Positions 33,173 to 43,500 of a DNA stretch of 64,000 nt are shown here, piece after piece. The notes below the pieces were generated by a model, which was not told the DNA's origin, did not search any database, and saw nothing but the letters and a program-made list of their open reading frames with translations. Every line of letters starts with the position of its first letter. Within the stretch, counting starts at the first letter, position 1. Made by a program: the position numbers and the translations under genes. Location of the stretch: positions 1,116,001-1,180,000 of the forward strand of contig CP060754.1 in NCBI GenBank assembly GCA_023205875.1, read 5' to 3'. Origin of the DNA: Chloropicon primus. Its lineage: Eukaryota.

Positions 33173-33295
33173 GGACGCGACGCTCCCGAGGAAGCACAGA
33201 AAGCAGCGCAGTCATGTAATGGTACATTGAAGACACCGTGTGTATATATACTAATTAGAAATACAATAGAACGACGCGCCCGACCGCCAAAGTCC

Positions 33296-33858
33296 CTATA
33301 TCGGCGCCCCTTCTGGATTGATGGTCTCCACAAGCAACTGCACAAAGTCCGAGAACTCCTTGTTGTTCTCCACGGCCCGATCGAGGGTGGCCTCCCTGTC
33401 CTCCGCGGCGTCGACGAGCTCGATGACCTCCCTCAGCCGAGGCCCCCGAAGCAGCTCTTGGAGTTCCTTGGACTCGACCATCCTGTCCAACTGGTCAGGA
33501 AGGATTCTGTATCCCTCCTCGTTCTCGTCCGCATTCTCCTCGGACTCGAAGTCCTTGAGCACCGCCGCGGATTCCTTCGCCGCCTGGCTCTCCTTCTCGA
33601 GGACCAACCTCTCGTACGCCGCGTCACACGCCGCGCTCCCTTTGTGCTCCTTGTAGCACGGCACAGAGCAACTGGAGAGAGACAGAGAGAGAGAGAGAGA
33701 AGAACGAGGTCCGAGGTCGTCCGTCCGTCAGTACACGGAGGGGAGGAGGGGGTGCGCTTGGGGGTTGAAGGGGTCCTCATCACTCACTAAGTTATCCTGC
33801 ACCTCGGGCATCTGTACTTGCCCTCGCCCTCGTTGCATACTGCGCACTTCTTCCCCAT
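33296..33858 (-). CDS. ZNHIT3: HIT-type zinc finger protein (ZNHIT3/Hit1-like), 2 exons
   Basis: CAVC...KYRCPRCRITY|CSVPCYKEHK across intron 33672-33787; C-terminal helical domain. Confidence 0.85.
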
Positions 33859-33985
33859 TGGGAAGGTGAGGAACGAACGCCGCCCTGCCTGCAGATCTGG
33901 TTCTTCAGCCTTGCAGGAAAAATTTCGAGGCCCAATTTCGAGGCCCTGGATGGATGGAGTGGATGATCGATTACCGAAGGCCAAG

Positions 33986-35674
33986 TTAAGTTTTAGTAGT
34001 GGCACCGAGCTTCCAAACACCTGTTTTCCAGCCTTTCATCTCATCTTTTGGCGCCTTCCAAGTGTTCCTTCCCAGCCTTTCCTCGAACTCCTCCAGCTCG
34101 AGGTCCGCTTCGATGAATTCGCTCCCACCGTCTCGTGCGTCGGCGACCTGGCCCAAATCGTCTTGAATGAACTCCTTGAGGGACTTCATGGTGACGTTCA
34201 AAGCCTCCTGCTTTTTCCGCATCACCATCTCGAGCCTGTACTCCTCCTCGTCCACCTCAGCCCAAACTGTGTTCATGGCTTCGCTGTTGACGGTCAGCTG
34301 GGACCCGCCAGCGGTGAGGTTCTTCGCGGTCGTGGAGGGGGATCCGGTTCCAGCACCCCGCCGCGGGGAGGACCCCAGCCCCATGTCGCTCATCGTCGAC
34401 TCCTCCACGCTCATCTTGCTCGTCTGCTGCGTCATCACGATCTTGTCGTGGGCGGCCTTCCTCCTCAAGGCGAGGACGTTGGTGAAGTGCAGCTTGCTCT
34501 CGTTCGTAGGCAAGCGGGACACGAACTTCTTGAACGAGTTCAGCTCCGTGATCGTCGTGGACTTGCTCGATATCTGGGACTCGAGGGAGTTCACGACACG
34601 GATGCCGCACCTCAAGATGCTCTCGATGAACTGCGAGAAGTTCATCCACACGAGGCGGTCCTCGCCAAACTGCTGGTTCTGGTTCGACTTGTCGAAGACT
34701 TCTTCGATGTCGTGGTGGTTGAACAGAGTGGGGGCCACCTCGAAGTTGAGCATGAAGGTCACGTACTCGTCCAAAGTCAGGGCTCGGTTGGCCCGCCTCA
34801 CCGCTTTCCAGTTCGAGTGGTGGAAGGAAACCAAACTCAGGGTGGCGTAGTGGGAGTACACCACCTTGAGCGCCTTTGCGTGCTTCTTGACGACGTTCAG
34901 CACCTTGTCGTCGAAGAGCTGAACGAGGGTCTCGTCAGCTCCATTGCTCTGCTTGATGAAGGGCACGATGTTGATCTCGTACAACTTGGCTATAGCCTCC
35001 TCCTCCCCCTCCTCCGGGTACTTGAGGCACGCCGTCTTCCTCAAAAGGTGGTCAATGTCCTCGATGCTCAAGGGCCTCGAGTTGTAGTGGTTGCTGCTGC
35101 TCGTCTGCTGGCCCTGGCTCGAACCAGCGTTGCTCGCGCCGTTCTGGCCCTGGCCCTGGCCCGACCTCCCCCCGAGCTCCTTGTCCACAAAGTCAGCCAA
35201 GTCGAGCAGCGTGGTCTTGTTGTCCAGGAGCTGGCAGTCCCGAAGGAGGTTCAAGAAGCCGCACTTCTCCATGAACGGCTCGCCTCTTCCGCGCTTGTGC
35301 CTCCCCGTGCTGTACTGAACGTAAGCACGCTTGAGGTACTTTGGGGTGGACTCGAGGCCAATCTTTATGGTCTTCTTCGCCAGCTTCCTCTTGCGGTAAA
35401 GGTTCCCAGCCCTGTCCACCGTGGGCCGAAGGTAAAGGTTCCTCTCGTCCTCGCTCGGGTTTCCCACGTGAATGTGGCCGTCGTGCATGTGCCCCCCCTC
35501 CCGCGTGACGTGCCTCACGAGAGGTGCCTCGTCCATTAACTTTCCACACGCTTGCATGTGATACCTCAGCATGTCATCATTCTCCAATTCAAGGTAGGAC
35601 AAGAACGCCTCTACTTTCTGTTCTATGCTGAGCAGAGGCTCCTCCTCCTCCCTGCTCGAGGCCACCGCCGCCAT
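33986..35674 (-). CDS. Hypothetical protein with degenerate EF-hand-like segments
   Basis: FLNLLRDCQLL, LTLDEYVTFMLNF, MNFSQFIESILRC; start taken at MAAVASS. Confidence 0.7.
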   Translation of the reverse strand: MAAVASSREEEEPLLSIEQKVEAFLSYLELENDDMLRYHMQACGKLMDEAPLVRHVTREGGHMHDGHIHVGNPSEDERNLYLRPTVDRAGNLYRKRKLAKKTIKIGLESTPKYLKRAYVQYSTGRHKRGRGEPFMEKCGFLNLLRDCQLLDNKTTLLDLADFVDKELGGRSGQGQGQNGASNAGSSQGQQTSSSNHYNSRPLSIEDIDHLLRKTACLKYPEEGEEEAIAKLYEINIVPFIKQSNGADETLVQLFDDKVLNVVKKHAKALKVVYSHYATLSLVSFHHSNWKAVRRANRALTLDEYVTFMLNFEVAPTLFNHHDIEEVFDKSNQNQQFGEDRLVWMNFSQFIESILRCGIRVVNSLESQISSKSTTITELNSFKKFVSRLPTNESKLHFTNVLALRRKAAHDKIVMTQQTSKMSVEESTMSDMGLGSSPRRGAGTGSPSTTAKNLTAGGSQLTVNSEAMNTVWAEVDEEEYRLEMVMRKKQEALNVTMKSLKEFIQDDLGQVADARDGGSEFIEADLELEEFEERLGRNTWKAPKDEMKGWKTGVWKLGATTKT

Positions 35675-35869
35675 CGCCTCACACACCTCCTCGTCCCCTT
35701 CACAAGAACAAGAAGAAGAAGAAGAAGGAGAGCAACACGAAGCACGAAGCCCAGGACTCTCCTTTGACTCGAGAGCAAGGCCTTTGACCCCTGCGAAGAA
35801 GAGAAACACGTCCCATGGAGAATGAACGTTATAGGGAACATTACGAGGTTCAAAGATGACGCCTTTCCG

Positions 35870-35997
35870 GTTAAATTCACTTCACTGGGAGGAATCGTAA
35901 AGTCGTCGTCTCCCAATGGAATCCCTCTCAAGGAGAAAGATGTTGGCCAATTGGCGCGTTTCGTGTTAAATTAACTTCACTGGGAGGAATCGTAAAG
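35870..35997. repeat. 33-bp direct repeat in a divergent promoter
   Basis: gttaaatt(c/a)acttcactgggaggaatcgtaaag at 35870-35902 and 35965-35997. Confidence 0.9.
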
Positions 35998-36204
35998 AAG
36001 TCTTTTTTCCCGCGCCCACGAGACAGCTTCGAGGAAGGACAGGAAGGGCAAAGGTCGAGGCAAGGGGGGCAAAGGTCGGGGCAAAGGTGACGAGGGGTGA
36101 AACCGGAGGGCCCAAGGGGGGCGGGACTCGGGGGTGTCCATCTCTCGGACGCGTTGTCTTTGTTTCTTGGCCCCGAGGGAGGGAGGAGGGGCCTTCACTG
36201 AAAG

Positions 36205-38445
36205 ATGGAGGGCACCTCGTTGATGATGTGGGAGGAGGAGGACTTGGCGGGGGAGGGAAGGGCAGAGGACTTGGCGGGGGACGTGGAGCGGCTGGAGATT
36301 GAGCTGGCGTCCGAAAAGGAGAGGACCGAAAAGATGAGGGGCGAGCTGGGTGCCCAAGCCTTGAAGAACCGTCGCCTGACCTCAGCTCTGGCCGAGGCGA
36401 GGTCTGGGCTGGAGGACGACGTCCTGGAAGAGAACCAGAGGCTCAAGTCGGAGCTCAAGAAGTGGAAGAACATCGCGAGGCACATCAACATCGAGCTCAT
36501 CGAGCACGACAAGGAGGTCCTGAACATCATGCACGAGACCAGTCGCACTCGCCTGGCTTGGGAGAGAGACCTAGCTCTGAACAGGCAGGGGCTCTTCGCC
36601 AGTAAACTGAACGAGCAGCACAAGGCCGTGGAGGTGGCAAGGGAGGAGACGGAGAAGAAGCTGCTCCTGCAGTTCGAGGAGGACCTGGCGCCGGAGAGAA
36701 AGCGGAGGGAGGAGGCGGAGGCCAAAGTCAGGGACCTGACGGAGAGGCTGGCCCACGCGGAGCACGTCTTCAACAACGCCAGCCAGGTGAACAAGGCCCT
36801 AGCGGATTCCCAATCGGAGCTGTTGGGCGAGCTGGAGAGGGAGCGCACGGAGAGTGCCTTGCTGACGCCAAGGAAGGTGAAACAGAATGCCGACAAGGTG
36901 AGGAAGAGAAACAAGGAGCTGCAGCTCGAGCTGGAGGACCTCCAGTCCTCGAACTTCGAGAAGGACGCGCAGATCCAAGAGCTGAAGAGGAGCTTCAGGG
37001 AGAAGGAAAGGTCTTGGCTCGCCAAGCACGAGGAGACGATCGGCGCGAGCACCCAAACCGAGGACATCTTGCTCGTCGACGAAGACAAGCTGAGGGAGAT
37101 CGAGGAGGAGCGGCAGGAGAAGGAAGCTTTGATACGGGAGTGCATGGAAAAGCTGGAGAGGCAGGCCTCCCAGGCGGAAAAGCAGAAGCAGAGCCTGGAG
37201 AAGCAAAGGTCGAAGACAGAGAAGAAGCTGCGCAAGGCCTCGAAAATCATCGCACACCAGCAGAAGAAAAAGGCGGCCGCCAGGGCCTTCCTCGGGTGGA
37301 GGGCCGAGTTGGAAAAGGCAAAGGACCTCGGCCTGCTCAGGAACGAGATCGAGGAGAGGAAGAAGCAATCAAAGTCGGGCTTGCTCTGCACTTACTTCTC
37401 CATGTACCACCACAGGACGTACAACCTGAGGCTCCTGAAGCACGCCCTCCAGATCTGGAGGGCGGACAGCAGGAACACCCTCAAGTGGCTGCGGATCATC
37501 CACAAGGCGTACAGGAAGACGTACAGAGCGGACGCTCAAGTGCTGAGGTCGAAGCTCCATCTCGCGAGGAGGATGACGCTCTCGAAGCTCATGGTCGCCA
37601 GGAAGCATCCCTCGAAGGTTCAGCACGGGTCTGGCTTCTCTGCGAGGGCGAGGAAGCACCTGGCCTTCGCTCACTGGAGAGCCAAGGCCGCGGCGAGAAA
37701 GCTGGCGAGGGACGCGAGGGGCATGGAGCTGGCGGTCGGCGTCCTTCACGTGCAAAACAGGAACTTGAGGATGAGGCAGGTTCTGGAGCTGTGGCGGAGC
37801 CGCTGCATTGCCAAGGCGGTCGTCAGCGCCCCGGCGGAAGCCGAGGCGGATCCCGCGGAGGAAGAGGAGGCGAGATCATCTGAAGTGACTTTTGTCGACA
37901 AGACCCTGAAGGGGTCCGGCGTCACCATAAAGTGCAAGGTCGACAAGGGAGGGAACGCTCTGCAGTCAATCTTGTCCAAGGTCCAAGAGATCCTCCAAGA
38001 CCAGCTCAAGGAGCTCAAGGACACGATCGCCGAGGAGGTGAACCGCGCGGCTGCTTCTGGGAAAAAGAATACGCACGACATGAAGCACAAGCTGCAGGCC
38101 CGCCTCCTTCAAGTGGACATGACGTGCGGCAAGCTCCTGGAGGGCTTGCTGGCGATCGGGCAAGTTCTGGACGCGACGCAGTCCAGCCCCGCCTTCTGGA
38201 AGCAAGGCAGCTCTCAGGACGAGATGCGAAGGGTCGTTGCGGACCTGAAGGCGATCAAGCTCCAGGCCCACGCGGCGCTGACCTCCCTCGAAGGCCTCGA
38301 CAGGAAGTACGTCCTCAAAGCAGATGTCGTCCCAACGAGAGTGGTGAGACTGTTCAGCACCGTCAATCGGCCAGAACATCCGGAAGACTCTTTCAAGGCA
38401 CCCGAGTGGACCAACCAGGTCCCGGTCTTCCTCCCCATCGAGTAA
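36205..38445 (+). CDS. Coiled-coil protein with Sfi1-like W-repeats
   Basis: 746-aa ORF, long E/K/R coiled coil; AFLGWR, ALQIWR, AFAHWR, VLELWR. Confidence 0.75.
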   Translation: MEGTSLMMWEEEDLAGEGRAEDLAGDVERLEIELASEKERTEKMRGELGAQALKNRRLTSALAEARSGLEDDVLEENQRLKSELKKWKNIARHINIELIEHDKEVLNIMHETSRTRLAWERDLALNRQGLFASKLNEQHKAVEVAREETEKKLLLQFEEDLAPERKRREEAEAKVRDLTERLAHAEHVFNNASQVNKALADSQSELLGELERERTESALLTPRKVKQNADKVRKRNKELQLELEDLQSSNFEKDAQIQELKRSFREKERSWLAKHEETIGASTQTEDILLVDEDKLREIEEERQEKEALIRECMEKLERQASQAEKQKQSLEKQRSKTEKKLRKASKIIAHQQKKKAAARAFLGWRAELEKAKDLGLLRNEIEERKKQSKSGLLCTYFSMYHHRTYNLRLLKHALQIWRADSRNTLKWLRIIHKAYRKTYRADAQVLRSKLHLARRMTLSKLMVARKHPSKVQHGSGFSARARKHLAFAHWRAKAAARKLARDARGMELAVGVLHVQNRNLRMRQVLELWRSRCIAKAVVSAPAEAEADPAEEEEARSSEVTFVDKTLKGSGVTIKCKVDKGGNALQSILSKVQEILQDQLKELKDTIAEEVNRAAASGKKNTHDMKHKLQARLLQVDMTCGKLLEGLLAIGQVLDATQSSPAFWKQGSSQDEMRRVVADLKAIKLQAHAALTSLEGLDRKYVLKADVVPTRVVRLFSTVNRPEHPEDSFKAPEWTNQVPVFLPIE

Positions 38446-38536
38446 CCGCCTTGAAGGCTCCTGGCTTTAATCCTAATCAATCCAATAAAATTTTGCTTTT
38501 TGGCAATCCGAGCGAAAGGGCGGGACCGCGAGGGCG

Positions 38537-39473
38537 ATGGCGCTTCGCGTGTTTGCGAGGGAGGTCGGGAGGGCCATGACGAGCCTGTCCATTCCGCTTC
38601 GAGCGGTGGCCACGGCGTCCGTTCCCAGCGTGCTTCCTCTATCGTCCGCCGTGAGCGACCACGCTCCACAAGGGTCTTCGCTCGTGTCTCCGGCATGGCT
38701 TGGCAGCAAGTGTCATGGTCTAGGCCTGGGAGGCCAGTCTCTCCGAGGGTACGCGGCGAAGAAGAAGTCGAAGAAGAAGGACAGGGGCGGGCCTCCGGTC
38801 GAGGAGGCATCGAGGGAGGAAGAAGAAGCTGACGCTGGTGACGAGGTTGACGTGTTCCAAGTCAGTGAGCTGGAGCGGGACGCATGCTTCGAGACCTTGG
38901 AGGGAGACTTCGCTAACATTAGGCCAAACAGGGCGACGCCAGGCATGCTGGATCACCTCATTGTCCAGGCCTACGACGACAAGATGCCCCTGAAGCACCT
39001 GGCGTCGTCCAACGTGCGTGACGTGAGCACGCTCGTTGTCAGGTAAGTGACGACTTTTTTGGGAGTTTTCGCCTCCTCCACGCGGTGCTGGTCTGACCAC
39101 GGGCGGCCCATCGATCAGTGTGTTCGATCCCCAGGTGACGAGGAACGTCGAGAAAGCGATTCTGGACTCTCCCCTCGGCCTCAACCCCGTGGGAGAGGGG
39201 CAGGAGATCGTGGTCAGGGTTCCCGCTCCGACGGAGGAATCGAGGGAGCAGATGCGCAAGATAGTCAGAGCCCAGGCGGAGCAAGCCAAGGTGAGGCTCA
39301 GGAAAGCGAGGCAGAAAGCGATGCAGCAGGTGAAGAAGCAGATGGCGGACAAGGACGAGAGGAAGGCCGCGGAGAAGGACGTGGAAAAATTCTTTGACGA
39401 CGCGCTGAGCACGGTGCAAGAGATGTGCAGCCTGAAAGAGAAAGAGGTGGACGGCTCCGATTCCGACCTCTAG
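38537..39473 (+). CDS. frr: Organellar (likely mitochondrial) ribosome recycling factor, 2 exons
   Basis: IRPNRATPGMLDHL, AILDSPLGLNP, VPAPTEESRE; intron 39043-39118; presequence-like N-terminus. Confidence 0.9.
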
Positions 39474-39511
39474 TTCGTTCAACCCACAATGGTATGCTAT
39501 GCTAATATATT

Positions 39512-40134
39512 CTACTGTTTCAAAACTTCTTGATGGTTCCCCCCCTCGGCGGGTTGTTGTTGTTGCTGTTGTTGTTGTGCCGGCATGGGCCTCGCGTCCT
39601 GCTCCTGGAAGGAGTCCAGCCTCAAGAACAAGAGCTTCTTCGCCTTGTCCACCGATCTCGCCGTGCCCGAAAGCTGCACGTAGTTCCACTCGCGACCGAA
39701 TTCCTGCAAGCCCGGGGGTCGATTCCCCGCCCAAACGAGAGCGAGCGAGCGAGATTCTCAGCTGTCAGCGGCCTGTGTCACGTGCGATGCGACGGCTCTG
39801 GTGTCCGAACCCTTACCTTCATGGGGGCATCAGATATGACGATGCTGCACCCAGACCTCTTCTCGATTTGCTGAATGAACGCCCCTCGCTTCCCTATGAT
39901 CCACCCCACGCGATCAGAGGGTATGGGAATGCTCTGGTAGATGCTGTGAGGCTTGGCCGGTCGAGCCACCTGTTTTTGTTGGTTCTGGTGATTCCCTTTT
40001 CTCCCTCCCCCCTGGTCCCCTTGCTCCGGAGTCCCCTTCTCCGGCACCTGTCCCGCCCCCTCCTCCCCCTCCCCCCCCTTCCCCTCCTTCCTGTCCCCTC
40101 CCTCTAACTCCCTCCCCTCCTCCCTCCCCTCCAT
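39512..40134 (-). CDS. Single KH-domain RNA-binding protein, 2 exons
   Basis: IPIPSDRVGWIIGKRGAFIQQIEKRSGCSIVI (GxxG loop); intron 39704-39816. Confidence 0.82.
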
Positions 40135-40178
40135 CGCCTCCACCTTATCCAATTCAGCTGCGTTCCTCACTCCCCCCG

Positions 40179-40186
40179 TTTCCCGC
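40179..40186 (+). promoter_or_regulatory. E2F consensus site TTTCCCGC upstream of DNA2
   Basis: Exact match to TTTSSCGC, upstream of a replication gene. Confidence 0.5.
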
Positions 40187-40323
40187 CTTGGCGACGAGAA
40201 ACAAAACCAAGGAACGCAGCTGGCGCGATCGCGATCGGGAGGGAACGATCGGGAGGGAGGGGAGGACGGGGGGCTTCAGGGAAGCGGAGGACAAGGGCAC
40301 ACCACGATCCGTCTCTTATTGGT

Positions 40324-40343
40324 CTTTCGAAAGAGCTGTCGCT
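40324..40343. promoter_or_regulatory. Recurrent promoter motif CTTTCGAAAGAGCTGTCGCT (copy 2)
   Basis: 19/20 identical to the other two copies; lies between the divergent KH gene and DNA2. Confidence 0.6.
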
Positions 40344-40571
40344 CGAAACATTTGAAGCCTTGGAGAGGATTGGAGGACGCCGTAAGGAGGGAGGGGAGGA
40401 CGGGGGAGGCGGGAGGAACGTCGCCTTCGTTTCGCGTGCGTGTTTTTTGTTTCGAAGGAACTGACCCGCGGGGGGGGAGTTGAGGGCGCGAGAGGAGAGA
40501 GCACCGCGACCACCACCACCACCTCGTGCGAAGAAGCGTTCGAGAATGAAAACAGGTTTTCCGTCGCCGTC

Positions 40572-43500
40572 ATGAAGAAGTGGCAGAGGGACAGGAGCAA
40601 GAAGAATGCGTCGAACGGGGCTTCGATACAATCGTTCTTCAAGCCAAAGGCGAAATTGGGTGGCGGAGGTCACGATGATGGCGTCCAGGAGAACAACACC
40701 GCTGCGGAGGCGGGGGCGAAGGCGACGGGGGCGGAGGACTGCGCGAAAGGGATGAGAAGGCGTTCGATTGGCCTGGCGAATCTGGGCGCCTCGCACACTT
40801 CGGAGGTCGACACGGAGTCTCAGGTCTTGCCCATGTCCCAGGGCGTGGGAATCGTCTGGCAAAACAGTCCCGCAAGAGGAAAGGGGGGAGCCGCGGACTT
40901 GGAGACTCAAGGGGAGCTCGCCATCAGCGGGGAGGAGAGGGAGCCCCTTCGGGACCTGATGCTCTGCGTCGCCAAGCCGCGAGAGAGCGCAAGCGCTGTG
41001 AACGGGAAGAACAAGAACAAGGCCATAGAGGACCTGATGGTGACGGCGAGCGTGAGCCCAGTCGGCTCGCCGGACGAAGGGAGCGGGGGGGCCAAGAAAT
41101 CCGGCGACAACCCCTTTGCGAGAAAGCGGTCGGCCCGACAAAGTCCGCCCGCGCAGCCGAGCAAAGTTCCGAGGAGTGCCTTCACGGATAGGCTGGAAGC
41201 GATGCGCCGTAAGGGCACGAGCACGAGCGGACGACCTGCCAAGAGAGACGGCGGCGACGGGGTGGGGGGGGAGGGCGGAAGGAACCAAGCTTTGTTTGAT
41301 GTCCTCAAAAAGGTGGAAAGGGCCATGGCGAAGAAGCAGCTGAAGAAGAATGGGAACGGGGGACCTGCGCAAAACAGTGCCTCGAAGGCTAGCGGCGTGC
41401 CACCCAGCCAGAAAGCTACGATGCGATTCCAATCAAAGGAAGTCCTGAACGCGATGGAGGGCATGGTGGCCACCAAGAAGGATAACCAAGTCTCGTGTTC
41501 GGCCCAACCTTCGGCACAGGAGGCCTTGGTGAGCCGCAAAGTCGTCGCTTGCGTCGTCCTCGAAGTCTTCGAAGCGGCCGATCTGAGGACATCATTCAAG
41601 GACGATGCTTTGGCGGCGGGCATGAGCTTTGGGGACAAGCTCGTGCGGGCAATGAATGCAAAAGGCCTCGAAGAAATTTATCTGAAGCTGCAGGGCAGCT
41701 GGTCCGGTTCCCACTTGGGTATAGGAGAAGAGCTAAACATCGTGGTGTCATCAGGCGCCAAGACTGGCGACGGGGCGAGATCTCTTGACGGAAAGGAAGT
41801 CTGGACGATTTCTGATAAATCGGAAAACAAAGCCCTCGTTCGACATCCGGGGCGGTTGGTGACAGGCACGAAGCTCAGCGCTGCTACCAGGTGCACAAGG
41901 CAGGCTGTCCTGGACGAGAAGGTGCAAAACGGCTTTGGGTACAATCCACCCGCCGTCCTCGGTAACTTGAAACACGAAATGATTCAGAGGTCAATGGTGA
42001 GAAACACTTGGACGAAGAAGTTCTTCTTGGAGCAGATCGACAGTCTCGTGGAAGAGAGCTACGAAAGCTTGTACGGGGCACAAATGGGTCTTGCGGAGAC
42101 TGTGAATGAGCTTCAGAAGTTCATCCCGATCGTGCAAAAATTTATGGCAGAAAACATGGCCTTGGAGTTGTCAGACCTGTCCTTGAATTCCGGGGCAAAA
42201 GGGGCTCCGAAAGCATTCGGTGCGCTCGGGGGTGAGGACAAGAAGCGGGCGGCGCTGGACATTTGCCAAATCGTGGACGTGGAAGATTACTTGACATCGG
42301 CCACCTACGGTTTGAAGGGAGTCGTGGATGTTTCCCTCAAAGGAAGGGTCAGGAGGAACGGAAAGGCAAAGGACGACTTTGGTGCAAGTGAGCGCAAACA
42401 ATCCTTGATGCCCCTGGAAATCAAGACCGGAAAGGAGTACTTCACCCACCGGGCCCAGCTCGTCACTTACGTGCTATTGATGGAGGATGCCTACGGAGTA
42501 CCCGTGAACGAAGCCGTGATGTGGTACACTGGCAGGGGTGGCCCCTCTGTAATTCCCGTCTCCAATCAGGAGAGGAGGCATATCATCCAAGCAAGGAACT
42601 ACTTGGCGGGGGCCCTTCAAGATCATCAGCTGCCAAACGTTCTTGCCGATCGCAGCTCATGCTCTAGGTGCTTTAGCTTGTCCGCTTGCATGGGCCTTCA
42701 CAAAATTGTGGAAGGCGGCGGGGAAAAAAGCAGCGGAATCGGGGACCAGTATACGGCCCTGACCTCGCACATCTCCTTGCATCACGTGGAATACTTCCAA
42801 AGGTGGTACACCGCGCTCTGCCACGAGGAGGAGTTCGCCAGAAACAGGAACAGAAAGGAATGGGCCTCTCGCGGCATTAGCCTTTCGCTCTCTTCTGAGG
42901 CGCCACTCGAAGTCTCGCGGGACAGCAGGCCAAATCATCAGGGGCACTGTTACACATTCAGACCGAGTCGTGGTGGTTCGCAGGGTGGGAGCAAATCCCA
43001 AAAGGGGTCAAGCGGTTTTTCTCTCGGCTTTGATTTGGAGGTAGGCGAAAGGGTCAAGCTGATAGCCCTGAATCTAGACAGGCCGCTCGAGACCAGAGCC
43101 CGGGTTCACAGACTCACACCAGGGGACGAGAGCATAGACTTCATCGTGACTCAGCCATTGACAGCTTACATGGGCAAAGTTGACATTGCATGGAGGATGG
43201 TGAGGGATCATGGCTCATCCTTGAATGGGTTGATGAAGGGGAACCTTCTGGACCTGGTGATGGAGAAGGACCGGAAGAATGTTCAAAGGCTGAGGGAGGT
43301 GATCATCGACAAAGCGAGCCCCCGGAGCGTGCCACTTGACTCCAGGACTACTCTCAAAGGCCTCAGCGAATCTTCGTTGAATCTCAGGCAGAAGGAAGCT
43401 GCTTTATCTGTCATGAATGCGGAGGATTACGCTCTCGTTCTCGGAACTCCTGGAAGTGGAAAGAGTACCGTCATCGTTCAGATTATAAAGCTCCTGCTGG

